A DNA stretch of 64,000 nucleotides from a virus (taxonomy: Duplodnaviria > Caudoviricetes), in the IMG/VR virus record IMGVR_UViG_3300037249_000709, positions 102,767-166,766 of that record; one strand, 5' to 3'. Shown here piece by piece: positions 41,988-52,842 of the stretch. Under the pieces are notes generated by a model. It had not been told where the DNA came from, did no database searches, and saw only the letters and a list, made by a program, of their open reading frames with translations. Position 1 is the first letter of the stretch; every line of letters starts with the position of its first letter. Made by a program: the position numbers and the translations under genes.

Positions 41988-43832
41988 GTGCGCCAGTTCG
42001 GTGCATAAACTATAGTCTGGTGAAAGTCCAGACCTGATAAAGCCCAGCAAGCAGTCAGTACATAGTCTTGGAGCCGAAGCCGTGAGGTTAGGTTTAAGCG
42101 TAGGTGGTGGAGCACAAGAGCCGCAATGCAAAAGCGTGAAGCCGTTGAGCCTCGTAAAGTATATTCAGTGCGGAAGCCGATATGGTGCTTGACATCGCAG
42201 GCAGCATATATTATATCGTTAAGCGAGATATAGTATATTCCGTCGGGGTCGCAGGGCGTGGCGAGTGTGCAATGTAGTTTATGCATACCTGGGAGGTCTG
42301 ATAAATTCCTGCAAAGGTAGGGGAACCGAAAAGGGTAAAACTTGGAGGAACTCCAATGGTTTATCAGAAGTCGGACTGTCTCATAGTAGTGACGAAAGCT
42401 GTGAAAGCAGTTGGAGCGAAGGGGACAGCAAGTAATCGTTCTCAAAATAGAAACATTTGGACACAGGAGGTCAGAACAAATGGAAACGGAAATGATGAGA
42501 ATAAGCAGTCAGTCTCGAAAATACGTCAAAGTAGAAAACTTGATGTGCAAGGTCAGTGCACAGACGCTTATGCAGCAGCATAAGAAGCAGAAAGCGAAAA
42601 AGGCGGTAGGTGTAGACCACGTTGACAAGGCTAAGTATGATGAACACGCAGCCGAGAATATCAGCGACTTGGTGCGGCGAATGAAGACATTTCAATATAA
42701 GCCGTTACCAGTAAGACGGTCATACATTGACAAAGGCAACGGAAAACAACGTCCTCTTGGGATTCCTGCGTATGAAGATAGATTGGTACAGGGTGCAATG
42801 GCAACCGTACTAAATCAGGTATATGAACAAAGGTTTCTGGAGTGTTCATATGGATTCCGTCCTAACCGCTCGGCTCACGATGTAGTAGCCTACATAAGTC
42901 AGGCTATAATGGTCAAGAAGATAAACTATGTACTGGAAGCGGACATCAAGGGCTTCTTTGATAACGTGAACCACGAGTGGCTAATGAAATTTCTTGAACA
43001 TGATATAGCCGATAAGAGGTTTCTGCGATATGTAAAACGCTTTCTGATTGCAGGAGTAATGGAAGGAACAGAGTACCATGACAGTGACAAAGGCACACCA
43101 CAGGGTGGATTAATTTCGCCAATACTGGCAAATGTGTATTTGCACTACTCATTGGATTTGTGGATTAGATATGTTAAACCTATGCTGAAAGGTGAAGTTT
43201 ACTATGCTCGGTATGCAGATGACTTTATAATCATGCTTCAATACAAGGAAGACGCATATAGAGTGATGAAGGCATTGGTGCATCGACTTGCAAAATTTTC
43301 TCTGGAACTTGCGATGGATAAGACACGCATTATACCGTTTGGAAGATATGCGAAGATAAAAGAGGAATTTGACTTTCTCGGGTTTACATTCTTCAATACG
43401 AAAACACGAGGGGGAAAATATCGTGTCGGAATCCGCTCCAGTAAAAAGAAAATCAAGCAAAAGCGACAAAAGGCTAAGGAGTGGATACGAGGACGTCTAA
43501 ACAAAGACGTAAGAGAGACCATGATGAAGCTGAGAATTAGCTTGATAGGACACTATAATTATTATGGAGTTAATGGGAATTATTTTCAATTGAAGAGTTT
43601 CTACAACTATTTGCGATACACAACATTTAAAATGTTATGCCGCAGAAGTCAAAAGGCGTATATGACTTGGGAGAAGTTTCAGCGGATATGGGATTATTAT
43701 ATCCCGAAGCCGCACATAACCAAAAATATATGGAACTGGAATGTAAAGATTACTTGAAGAGCCGTATGCCTTAATAGGGCACGTACGGTTCTCTGGAGGG
43801 GCGGCGGCAGTAATGCCAGCCGTCTACTCGAC
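41988..43832 (+). mobile_element. Group II intron with RT/maturase ORF, inserted antisense in a phage gene
   Basis: 5' end GTGCG at 41988. Domain V is GAGCCGTATGCC..GGGCACGTACGGTTC and domain VI ends CTACTCGAC at 43832. EBS1 GCGAGA (42223-42228) pairs with IBS1 TCTCGT; EBS2 AGTATATT (42158-42165) pairs with IBS2 AATATACT. Confidence 0.93.
42480..43757 (+). CDS. ltrA: Group II intron reverse transcriptase/maturase, no endonuclease domain
   Basis: RPLGIP, SYGFRP, DIKGFFD, GTPQGG, YADD and FDFLGF motifs plus an X domain (GHYNYY). GGAGG RBS before 42480. Confidence 0.93.
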   Translation: METEMMRISSQSRKYVKVENLMCKVSAQTLMQQHKKQKAKKAVGVDHVDKAKYDEHAAENISDLVRRMKTFQYKPLPVRRSYIDKGNGKQRPLGIPAYEDRLVQGAMATVLNQVYEQRFLECSYGFRPNRSAHDVVAYISQAIMVKKINYVLEADIKGFFDNVNHEWLMKFLEHDIADKRFLRYVKRFLIAGVMEGTEYHDSDKGTPQGGLISPILANVYLHYSLDLWIRYVKPMLKGEVYYARYADDFIIMLQYKEDAYRVMKALVHRLAKFSLELAMDKTRIIPFGRYAKIKEEFDFLGFTFFNTKTRGGKYRVGIRSSKKKIKQKRQKAKEWIRGRLNKDVRETMMKLRISLIGHYNYYGVNGNYFQLKSFYNYLRYTTFKMLCRRSQKAYMTWEKFQRIWDYYIPKPHITKNIWNWNVKIT

Positions 43833-45403
43833 CCTTTCATCATATTTATCGAAAAGTCTTTATTCCAAAGCCACACGGCTGCTGATGTACCAAACTTGTA
43901 AAAACGCGCTACCATCATATCAGCTTTTTCTTGCCCGTATTTCTTTATTAGCTTTTCTATAATCATCTCATCAGAATTTGTCATTACCTTTTTATGGTAT
44001 TCAAAATTGTCGTGGAAGAAATGCCAAAGATAATTAACAATCTTCGGGTCAAAAAACTTATCACAATAATTCAGATTAATTCTTTTGCTATTGGTGTAAG
44101 TGCTATTCGCCCAAGAATATACATAGTTAGCCAAATCCGAATAGCAAGTATTTAATAAGGACAACGGCAACATCTTTCTGCTTCGTTCTGTTGAAAAATA
44201 TGAGAAATATTTCGACATTGCTACATATAAAGTTTTTACGCTTTTTCTATCTGTATTTGTAAGCTCACAAATTATATCAATAATCTCAAAATATTTATTA
44301 CTGGGATAATGTATAAATACTTCTGAGGTAATAGCAAGTACAGACCTATAAAACATCTTAGTGGTAGGATATGGCAATAACATTTCTTCGATAGGCAAAT
44401 ACGGAAGCTCTATTGAACCAGCTCGAACATAGTATAGAGATTTATACTTATTCAGTGCGATTGCTGCGATATATGTGTACCAGTTGTTTTGCATATAACC
44501 ATACGGCGGTTTTGATAATTTGCGATATAACTCGTTGAAATGCACATATCCATTACTTCTAAGATTACTCTCTATATAACCGTCTATTTCATCAATTATT
44601 TTTATCGCCGGAATCGTGCAATCCTGAGAATTACGGTCAAGATTTATACCGAGTTTTTTGTTCTCTATATTGCCCGACAAAACGCTTCTAATAATCTTCT
44701 TCATTGCAATGGTTTTGTAAGCGTATGGTTCAGATGTTGATACTTCTATCCCATAACAAAATACAGATGATATAATGCTTTCTAAATAATCAGAAATTAA
44801 ATCCGAATGTATTTCCTCTTTGTAGACCTCCTGCCCGTCGCAATTATGGTATAATTCTACTATAGTATCTTTCTGGATATCTCTAAGAATTTGTGGTATG
44901 CGAGTTAAATTTTCAACCTCATCAAGTCGTTTTCTTGCTTCATCTCGTGCATCTATTAAGACCCAACGCCCATTTTCTGGGTGCTGCTTAATTTGTTCAT
45001 CGGTAATGCCAGATGTTTTTTTTAACTCGTCAAAAATTTTAGGTCTTACCTCGTTTGTCCCACTTTTCAAAAGTCCTCGTTTGGTTTCTCGTTCTCGTAC
45101 TCTCTCGTTAATTTTTTCGTGTTTTACTACATCATCAAAAACTTTGTTGGCATAATGAACCACCACTATTTTTTGTTCTATTTTAGATAGATAATTTATA
45201 AGAGTTTCGCTTTTTATGCCACCATAGATAAACATAACAATAATGTTATTGTCCATTGCAAACTGCATTGCTTTATTTATATTTGCCCTATACCCATCAA
45301 CGAGAGAGTAGAAAAATACACATCTATTTGAAACGCTTATTGGAAAATCAATATCTATACACCAATCAAATTTGCCACTTTTGTATTCTAAGTCAGTATT
45401 CAA
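43833..45403 (-). CDS. Hypothetical protein interrupted near its 3' end by the group II intron (native tail at 41939-41987)
   Basis: Joining 43833 to 41987 on the minus strand gives INMMKG-RDSILCNAESVENGS*. Contains an L..PPYG motif. Confidence 0.7.
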
Positions 45404-46316
45404 ATAAAAGCTCTCCTATCCTCTTGGAAACATTTTCTATGATGGAAAGTAGTGTACTAATAGGAACTTGAACCTCTCTCGCTTTTGCCTCTGGAAGAAT
45501 CTCGGTGTTTAGTAAATCGTTAATATCATATTGTTCAAGCATTGGTGCTATAGCATTAAAATAGTCGATTGTAAGTTTTAAAAACTGCTTACTTGCATAG
45601 ACTTTTGATTGTGTATTATCCTCCTGTGATTTACCCAACGCAGCTTTTAATCTTGCTATTTCTAAATCCTTATCTCTTAATTGGTTGACATAATTCGTAA
45701 TAGCATTACTTGTGACTTTCTTTTGCTTTGTTGATTGCAACATCTTTATTACTTGCGACTGTTCATCTGGGCTTAAATTTCCAATGATTTTTATTGCGGT
45801 AGTAGGAGTAACTTTGCCATCATCCAAGAGAGATTTTAATTCTGGCGGAATCTTTTCTAACGTTTTTATATATTGCAGGTTTCTTAGACTTATACCTAAC
45901 TTTTCTGCCAATTCTTGCTGTGTTTTGGGGTCGCTTTCTTCTCCATCAGATTTATATATTTCTTCAAGCGTTTTTGCAATCTTAGCGCTTTTAAGATTAC
46001 TTGTACATATAGTACCTCTTTGCCTTAAATTGGTTTCAAGCAGGTCTTTTAACACCGCTATTTCGTCTTTGTATTCTTTAATAATTGCTGGCACAGTTTT
46101 TAGATTTAACTCTTTTGCAGCCCTGACTCTTTGATGTCCCGAAACAACTATGTAGTCTTGGGTTATAACCACAGGCTCAATGATTCCAGATGTCTTTATG
46201 GATTGGAGAAAATCTTGCCACTTTTCTCCAACCATATCGTCAAAAAAGTCTGAATTTTTTGGATGTCCTCTAATTTGGTCTGTTGGCACATTGCCTTTGA
46301 AAATTATCTTGTTCAT
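45393..46316 (-). CDS. ParB/Srx N-terminal domain protein with HTH
   Basis: SIKTSGIIEPVV, VVSGHQRVRA, ETNLRQR and TQQELAEKLGIS motifs. Confidence 0.85.
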   Translation of the reverse strand: MNKIIFKGNVPTDQIRGHPKNSDFFDDMVGEKWQDFLQSIKTSGIIEPVVITQDYIVVSGHQRVRAAKELNLKTVPAIIKEYKDEIAVLKDLLETNLRQRGTICTSNLKSAKIAKTLEEIYKSDGEESDPKTQQELAEKLGISLRNLQYIKTLEKIPPELKSLLDDGKVTPTTAIKIIGNLSPDEQSQVIKMLQSTKQKKVTSNAITNYVNQLRDKDLEIARLKAALGKSQEDNTQSKVYASKQFLKLTIDYFNAIAPMLEQYDINDLLNTEILPEAKAREVQVPISTLLSIIENVSKRIGELLFEY

Positions 46317-46331
46317 TTAAAAATTCCTTTT

Positions 46332-46988
46332 TTATTTTGAGTTTGACTCGTCTGTGCTGTCAATATCTATGTCGCTAATGCTTTCAATTAGCATTTTCAT
46401 ATATGATGTGTTCCACCTTGCGAGTTCCACAGCATCATCATAACGCTTTTTTGCTCTTTTAACATCTTCTTCTGCTGCTTTAATGTATTCATCGAATAAG
46501 TCGTTCCATTCTTCTTGACTTCGCACGGTATTTGAACGCTCAATGATTTTTTCTGACCAAGAAAAGTAATCTTCTGAATAAATACTTTTATCAATTTGTT
46601 CAAGCGCAAACTCCTTTAAACCTTCGTGAGAAGTTGTAGGCGGATTCCACTTAGAAATAACTTCTCTTATTTGCAGATAACGCTTATTTGCAGACTTCAT
46701 TTCTTTGATATGTTCCCGTGCAAACTCGGCACTTCTCTGCATAGAATGTTTTTCACGCTCAATAAACTCATCTATCGTCATTTGTTTTGATTCTTCAAGT
46801 TCTTGCTCTCTTCTTTGAAGATTTATTTTATAGTATTCGTCCGGCTCAAACTCCATAGGTGTAGGCGTAGATAACGATTCGTCTTTTAAATCTATGGCTA
46901 CACCAAAAGCTCGTGTACATAACAATAAAAAATCTTTGGCGTTAGTTATTTTCCCATCTTCAATTTGTGCAGTATATCCCGTCGGCAT
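46332..46988 (-). CDS. Conserved phage hypothetical protein
   Basis: MPTGYT...F...C.RAFG start seen in phage proteins; coiled coil. Confidence 0.7.
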   Translation of the reverse strand: MPTGYTAQIEDGKITNAKDFLLLCTRAFGVAIDLKDESLSTPTPMEFEPDEYYKINLQRREQELEESKQMTIDEFIEREKHSMQRSAEFAREHIKEMKSANKRYLQIREVISKWNPPTTSHEGLKEFALEQIDKSIYSEDYFSWSEKIIERSNTVRSQEEWNDLFDEYIKAAEEDVKRAKKRYDDAVELARWNTSYMKMLIESISDIDIDSTDESNSK

Positions 46989-47007
46989 TTTGTAACTCTA
47001 TCCTTTG

Positions 47008-47529
47008 CTATTTTTCTATTTCTTCAAACACCATACGTTCCGGCAACATTTTATGACACACATAAACGCTGCTAAATGGAGGATTAAGCGAAGGCTTGCT
47101 GTCGGCATAATCCTTAAAATATGAAACACGTTTGTTCATATATAAGATTTCAAATTCATTTTTTTTGAAAAGATTGAAATGAAATTGACTTTCAAATAAA
47201 CCAACAACGCCAACCAACATAGCAAACGGTTTGTCAATTTCAAAAAGCCTTTGCAAAACCTCGCCCTTTACTGAATATGGAGGGTTTGATATTATGTAAT
47301 CACATTCAGGAATATCAATTTTGAAAAAATCTTGATTGTTCTGAATATGCGTTGCTATAACTGTAAATCCCAACTCTCTAAATCTTTTTACGAATAAGCT
47401 ATCCTCCGTATCAAACGGACACCAAATCCGTCCGTCCGGAGGAGAAATATATTTTTCGATTGGTTTAATCGCGTATAGTGGCGTATAAAACTCATCATTT
47501 TTACTTCCTGCTACTATATCCATTTTCAT
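47008..47529 (-). CDS. Putative DNA adenine methyltransferase
   Basis: DEFYTP, IWCPFD and IISNPPYS motifs. Confidence 0.75.
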   Translation of the reverse strand: MKMDIVAGSKNDEFYTPLYAIKPIEKYISPPDGRIWCPFDTEDSLFVKRFRELGFTVIATHIQNNQDFFKIDIPECDYIISNPPYSVKGEVLQRLFEIDKPFAMLVGVVGLFESQFHFNLFKKNEFEILYMNKRVSYFKDYADSKPSLNPPFSSVYVCHKMLPERMVFEEIEK

Positions 47530-47553
47530 TCTTAAATAAATCCTCCTATTTTG

Positions 47554-48102
47554 TTATGGATGATAATGTATAATATGTTTGCTCTTTAAAGTTTCATTAA
47601 CATCAATTAACCTTTGATTTTCGCTACCACGAAAAGGAAGTGTCGTATCTCTTTGGCTTTCGATATAAGCTCCATCAACAACAACATCGCATTGGCAAAT
47701 GATTCCTGCTCTCAAATTTGAATTATACTCACTGTCATTCTTTTCAGCCATATTTGGGTTATATATAAAATCTTTATAGTTTAGTTCTAAACCCGTGTAC
47801 AGCCAAATATTTTTTTGTGGAAATCTATTTCTTATCTCGCACACCAAAGAAAAAACATCTTCAAGGTTTGCATCTTCCAAAGGATGCCCGCCAGACAAAG
47901 TAACCCCTTGTATATATGGTTTTGACAATGCATCAAATAACTCTTGTTTAGATTGTGTGTCGAATATCTTCCCACTATTGTAATCCCAAGATTCAGGATT
48001 GTGGCAACCCCTACAATGTATGGAGCAGCCACTAACCCACAATACAACTCTAACTCCTTTCCCATTGGTTAGAGATGCTTTTTCTATTGATAAATAATTC
48101 AT
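47554..48102 (-). CDS. nrdG: Anaerobic ribonucleotide reductase activating protein
   Basis: Radical SAM motif CxxxCxxC (GCSIHCRGCHN) and FRGSENQR; adjacent to nrdD. Confidence 0.95.
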   Translation of the reverse strand: MNYLSIEKASLTNGKGVRVVLWVSGCSIHCRGCHNPESWDYNSGKIFDTQSKQELFDALSKPYIQGVTLSGGHPLEDANLEDVFSLVCEIRNRFPQKNIWLYTGLELNYKDFIYNPNMAEKNDSEYNSNLRAGIICQCDVVVDGAYIESQRDTTLPFRGSENQRLIDVNETLKSKHIIHYHP

Positions 48103-48103
48103 A

Positions 48104-50407
48104 TTACCCGTTAAAATGTTTTACTCTCATTTCTACTTCTTCTTGTTTGCCCTCGTTAAATGCTTCCTTGTAGTCACCCGTCAAATATCCTGTTACTCGG
48201 CGCAATCTACGAATCTCATCGCAACCACACATAGGACACATATTTTTAATTTCATCTGTATATCCGCAATCTACACACATATCATTAGGAACATTTGCAG
48301 CAAAGTACGGAACATCACTATCCATAGCATAATTCACAATCTGTTCAAGCGCATCAATGTTATTTTTTATGCCAGCATTTAATTCAACATATGTAATACA
48401 ACCAGCACTTGAATATCCCGTGAGTTGCGATTCAATATCAATTTTTTCAAACGGAGTAATTTCCTTCCACACCGGAACGTGAATGGAATTTGTGAAAAAC
48501 TTTCTGTCTGATATGTTAGGAATTTCGCCGTAAGTTTCTTTGAATTTGGTCATAGCTGTAAAACACAAATTCTCAGCAGGTGTATAATACACTCCAAAAT
48601 TCAGTTTATATTCTTGCTTAAATTCTGCACAACGGTCTTTAAATAGTTGCTCAATTCTCTTTGCTACTTTCATACCTCTGGATTCTGTGTGGTCGCAGCC
48701 TATAAGAATTTGTAGTGTTTCAGCCAAACCAATTTGACCCATTGCAAGAGTTCCGTGTTTAAGGGCAGAAATAATATTTTTACCATCATATCCTGCCATT
48801 GTGCCGTTTTCATACATAAACTTCGCAGATTCTGGCGGTTGAGAAGCTATGTATTCAAATCTTTCGATAAGCATATCTTTTGCTTCGTGAATTTTTACAT
48901 CAAGATATGTTAAAAATTCTTCAACAAGCAATTCACCTTGCTTACCAGTTGCTTCCTTGCATTTCATCGCAAGTGTAGGCAGAATAATTGTAACTGGACA
49001 AATATTGCCACGCCCATCTTTTAACTGTCCAAAGCCGTTAATATCAAATCCATTCGCAGTTCTACAACCCATCGTGCTGAAATAAGTTTGTGGGTCATTA
49101 CGGTCATAGCCGCTATTGCCGCTCCAATCAACATTTGCATAATTGGGGTATAGCCTTCGGGACGTTGATTTTAGTGCCAATCTATACAAATCATAATTAG
49201 GTTCACCTTTTTTACGATTAACACCCTTCATCATTTGGAATATTCCGCAGGGAAATATAGATGTTTTACTCTTTTTCCCAATACCCTTTATTGAAATTTC
49301 CAAAAGTGCTTTTGTAATTAGTCTACCTTCGGGTTCTGTACAAGTACCATAGTTGATTGAGGTAAACGGTAGTTGATTTCCTGAACGACTTTGTAGCGTG
49401 TTTAGGTTATGGTACATTCCTTCAACAGCTTGTTTTACTTCGTTGATTGTATCATATAATGCACATTGATAATATCTTCTGTTAAGTTTCTTGTTCTGTA
49501 ACCGAAAGTCTGATTCTACTGTGCTTGTTTCCTCAAAAAATTCTTTTTTATGCTCATCTACCCACTCATCGAATCTATCTCGAACAATCGTAATACCATC
49601 AATAACTTCTTCATATGTTTCAAACATCATTTCGTACAAATCTAATTCTTCAAACTCTGGTCTATCTTTAAGCCAAGCAGATATGTAATGTTTTAAAAAA
49701 CTTTTACGAACATATGGCAACATAGTCCAATCTAAATGCGTGGCTGAAACACCGCCAAATTGTTGTAGACTTTGTAACTGAAAAATAACTGCTACGAGCT
49801 GAAAGGCTGTCCCCACAGATTGTGCTGGTCTAACATCAGTCTGCCTTGTGTTGAAACCTTCTTTAAGCAATTTGTCAAATGGAATGCTTAAACAGTTGTG
49901 GTCGCCAATAGCATAATGGTCTAAATCGTGGATATAGATTTCATTATTCAAATGGTTGTTCATTGCCATTTCTGACATACATTCTTTTAGGGCATAATCT
50001 TTCGTAACAACACTTGTTGCTGCCCCCATTCTTCCGCCAAATGAACCCTCGTCTACATTTGCATTTTGCTTTTCAATATTATTTGCTGTAATTTTAGTTT
50101 TGATTTGTTGGTTGAGCCGACTCTTTTTTTCCCTATTCCTTGTTCTGTCATTTCTATAAATTATATATGCTTTTGCAACATCTTTACGAGAACCTTGCAT
50201 TAGCTTCTTTTCGACTATATCTTGTATTTCCTCAACCGATAGCGCCGCTTTCTTTATTCCAGATATATCGTTTGAAATGCTATTTATAATCTTTAATGAT
50301 TTATCTGTAATTTCACCGTCAACCTCGATAAATGCTTTTGATAAGGCTGAAATTATTTTCTTGTTGTCAAATCTAACGGGTCTACCGTCTCGCTTCTGTA
50401 CTATCAT
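48104..50407 (-). CDS. nrdD: Anaerobic (class III) ribonucleoside-triphosphate reductase
   Basis: ATP-cone (VQKRDG), YIHDL, MGCRT, TPAE and glycyl-radical RRVTGYL motifs. Confidence 0.96.
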   Translation of the reverse strand: MIVQKRDGRPVRFDNKKIISALSKAFIEVDGEITDKSLKIINSISNDISGIKKAALSVEEIQDIVEKKLMQGSRKDVAKAYIIYRNDRTRNREKKSRLNQQIKTKITANNIEKQNANVDEGSFGGRMGAATSVVTKDYALKECMSEMAMNNHLNNEIYIHDLDHYAIGDHNCLSIPFDKLLKEGFNTRQTDVRPAQSVGTAFQLVAVIFQLQSLQQFGGVSATHLDWTMLPYVRKSFLKHYISAWLKDRPEFEELDLYEMMFETYEEVIDGITIVRDRFDEWVDEHKKEFFEETSTVESDFRLQNKKLNRRYYQCALYDTINEVKQAVEGMYHNLNTLQSRSGNQLPFTSINYGTCTEPEGRLITKALLEISIKGIGKKSKTSIFPCGIFQMMKGVNRKKGEPNYDLYRLALKSTSRRLYPNYANVDWSGNSGYDRNDPQTYFSTMGCRTANGFDINGFGQLKDGRGNICPVTIILPTLAMKCKEATGKQGELLVEEFLTYLDVKIHEAKDMLIERFEYIASQPPESAKFMYENGTMAGYDGKNIISALKHGTLAMGQIGLAETLQILIGCDHTESRGMKVAKRIEQLFKDRCAEFKQEYKLNFGVYYTPAENLCFTAMTKFKETYGEIPNISDRKFFTNSIHVPVWKEITPFEKIDIESQLTGYSSAGCITYVELNAGIKNNIDALEQIVNYAMDSDVPYFAANVPNDMCVDCGYTDEIKNMCPMCGCDEIRRLRRVTGYLTGDYKEAFNEGKQEEVEMRVKHFNG

Positions 50408-50417
50408 TGCTTCTCCT

Positions 50418-50846
50418 TTAAATTAGCAGAAAGTTGTTTATTATTTCTGCCGCATCTTGTACAGTATCAGCTTTATAAGATAACCCTTCCGTAACCCACA
50501 AGTGGTCTGTGTTTGGTTTCCCAATCCCTATGACTTCGATTTTCTTTTCTCTTACCCTATTTATGCCTTCCACTATGCCGAGTTCTATGTGCGTGCCAAT
50601 ACTATCTTTTATTGTTGGCAAATACATTATGATAATATCGCTATTCGCTATTTGGTTTATCTCCCAGTGCCTTGCTAATTTCAAGTCTGAATTTCCAAAT
50701 CCAAAATATTCAGGCGGATGAATAAAAACAACTTTCTTATCCGTGAGGTCTAAAATAACGTTTTCAATTTCTCTCCGCCAGTTCATTGATTCTTCATAAG
50801 ACAGACCACTCATTTTGCCGGATGTAAAAATTTTATATTCAGTCAT
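50418..50846 (-). CDS. Nucleoside 2-deoxyribosyltransferase-like protein
   Basis: IFTSGKMSG...SDIII...SIGTHIELG motifs. Confidence 0.7.
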   Translation of the reverse strand: MTEYKIFTSGKMSGLSYEESMNWRREIENVILDLTDKKVVFIHPPEYFGFGNSDLKLARHWEINQIANSDIIIMYLPTIKDSIGTHIELGIVEGINRVREKKIEVIGIGKPNTDHLWVTEGLSYKADTVQDAAEIINNFLLI

Positions 50847-51410
50847 TTACGCAACCTCTGTTTCTATTGCTTTTCTTATTTCTCTAAATACTTCATCAAC
50901 ATTTTTCTCGTAACAATCATTATGAATTGTAAAATCAGCTTCGTTTTCAAAAGCATCAAACTGCCCGACATCTGATAAGCTCCTACGGTATGCTTCCTCT
51001 ATATCATCACCGCGTTCAAGCATTTTTGTTAGCCGTGACCGTCTGTCCACCTTGACATAGACGACTTTATTTTGTCGAATAACTCGATTATATTTTTTAT
51101 CCCAGTTTCTTTTCATTGCCCTTGCTCCTGCTGGCGTTAAAACAACTATTTTATTCCCTTCAAATAAAGAATCTATAGCTGTTCCATACTTCCAACCTCG
51201 ATATTCGGCGTGTTCTATAAACTGACCTTTTTCATTCATTTCATCAAATTGTTTATCGCTAATGAAGTGATAATCTACACCATTTTCCTCACCTTCCCTC
51301 ATTGGTCTTGTTGTATATGTAATCACCCTTGAAAAGTCTGTTTCTTCTTCAAACTTTTTCGCAAGTGTTGTTTTTCCACTGGCACTTTCGCCGACTAATA
51401 CTAATATCAT
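50847..51410 (-). CDS. gmk: Guanylate kinase-like protein
   Basis: GESASGKT, TTRPMREGE..GVDYHF and YG motifs. Confidence 0.88.
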   Translation of the reverse strand: MILVLVGESASGKTTLAKKFEEETDFSRVITYTTRPMREGEENGVDYHFISDKQFDEMNEKGQFIEHAEYRGWKYGTAIDSLFEGNKIVVLTPAGARAMKRNWDKKYNRVIRQNKVVYVKVDRRSRLTKMLERGDDIEEAYRRSLSDVGQFDAFENEADFTIHNDCYEKNVDEVFREIRKAIETEVA

Positions 51411-51413
51411 ATG

Positions 51414-51659
51414 TTATCCCCATATATCACTCATATCTATATCTAAAAGCTCTGCTTTCTCGTAAAGGGAAAGACTGCTTGCAACCTCTTGTATGTATTC
51501 TTCTGCACATTTCTCGCAATAGTGTTCACCATCTATTTCGTAATCTGCATTATTGCCGCAGGAGTCACAATAATAATCCACTCTCTGATAGTGAGAGCAG
51601 GAACTGCCCAAGCAGGGTAGTCCGCAATCCACACAATCAGAGGAATATTCTTTGCTCAT
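51414..51659 (-). CDS. Small Cys-rich protein
   Basis: CVDCGLPC.G..C and CDSC...CEKC motifs. Confidence 0.65.
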   Translation of the reverse strand: MSKEYSSDCVDCGLPCLGSSCSHYQRVDYYCDSCGNNADYEIDGEHYCEKCAEEYIQEVASSLSLYEKAELLDIDMSDIWG

Positions 51660-51675
51660 TTAATTCCTCTTTTCG

Positions 51676-52347
51676 TCATATTTCAATATCATCAAATATA
51701 ATCGGAATTTTTTCTTTTAGCTCCTGTAAAAGCGGTGTCATTACCTCTCTGATTTGTGGGTGAGCATCAAGGGCAGTTCTAAGCCTAAAAATGTTTCGCC
51801 ACTCACGGTAATTTGCTGTTATCGTTAATGCTGTCCTTGTGGAATTAGGCAAAACAGAACGTGCAATCTGCGGTGTAGCTCCGAGTTCAATCATATTCAT
51901 ATAGTGCTGCTCTGCGTCTGACATTGCAAGCAACCATTCTGAATAAATTGAACCGAGTACATCAGCGTCCATCTGCGACATTTTCTTGTCTAAAAGCATA
52001 CCACCTTCAAGGTCAATCACGCAGATTTCGCTACCGAACTTATCTTTTGAATAGTTTACATAGCGCGTACTTTCTTGCGCAAAACTCGACAATCTATGTC
52101 TAACCGCTTCGTGCGACACCCCACGGTCTATTGTAAACATCACAGAAAGCGTACTATGTTCAATCATTGCTTCGTGACCGTGATTGATTAACATTTTTAC
52201 AAACTTTTTTGCGCTCTCACCATCCGGCGTTATTCTATCTTCTGATTTGTAGCACACCCTGCCAATTTTTTCGATAAATTGTAGTTCCTCAATTCCACCA
52301 TTAGATATATCCGTTAATATTTCGTATGTTGGTTTTATTACTTTCAT
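51676..52347 (-). CDS. thyX: FAD-dependent thymidylate synthase
   Basis: GHEAMIEH, RHRLSSFAQESTRY and AHPQIR motifs. Confidence 0.95.
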   Translation of the reverse strand: MKVIKPTYEILTDISNGGIEELQFIEKIGRVCYKSEDRITPDGESAKKFVKMLINHGHEAMIEHSTLSVMFTIDRGVSHEAVRHRLSSFAQESTRYVNYSKDKFGSEICVIDLEGGMLLDKKMSQMDADVLGSIYSEWLLAMSDAEQHYMNMIELGATPQIARSVLPNSTRTALTITANYREWRNIFRLRTALDAHPQIREVMTPLLQELKEKIPIIFDDIEI

Positions 52348-52359
52348 TTGAATCCTCTC

Positions 52360-52842
52360 TTATTGTTCATCGTACATTTTTGCAGTATTGATAAAGATTT
52401 GCTTTAACTGCGGACTGATTTTAAATCTGTTAGCGTTGGTTTCGATGCTTTTTAATATATTGCCATCTAACTGTCTTGCACAAGAGGCTTTCCAGTCACA
52501 AAACATTTCTACAATATCCACAAGGTTCATATCATTTATACCTTTTTCAAAGTGTTCTGGGTGGTGTCGATAATTTGCATAATGATGTTTTAATGCTCCA
52601 CTCATCTCTTGAAGATATGTATTGTATTCCTCGCTACCATAAGTTGTTTCGCTCAGTTTAGGAGTGTATTCTGCAAATGTTTCTACTTCTGGACTTTCTA
52701 ATTTTAGCTTATCGTGTTCAAATGCCCTTGTAGTTAGCTTAGATATAAAAATTCGCATCAACTCTCGGACTTTTTCAATGTGTTTCCAAGTTTCCACTTG
52801 GCATTCGGGGATTGTCATTGTTATCACCGCCCTAACCCCCAA
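52360..52842 (-). CDS. DUF5662-like HD-type protein
   Basis: HDKLKL, HHY..YRHHPEH and EMFCDW motifs. Confidence 0.7.
   Translation of the reverse strand: MGVRAVITMTIPECQVETWKHIEKVRELMRIFISKLTTRAFEHDKLKLESPEVETFAEYTPKLSETTYGSEEYNTYLQEMSGALKHHYANYRHHPEHFEKGINDMNLVDIVEMFCDWKASCARQLDGNILKSIETNANRFKISPQLKQIFINTAKMYDEQ

Noticed and set aside
41939-42445. 168-aa minus-strand ORF
   Set aside because: It is mostly antisense to intron domain I; only the last 16 codons are the displaced tail of the interrupted gene.
43697-43832. C-terminal ~45 aa of the 568-aa ORF as native protein
   Set aside because: It is the antisense of group II intron domains V-VI and the RT end.
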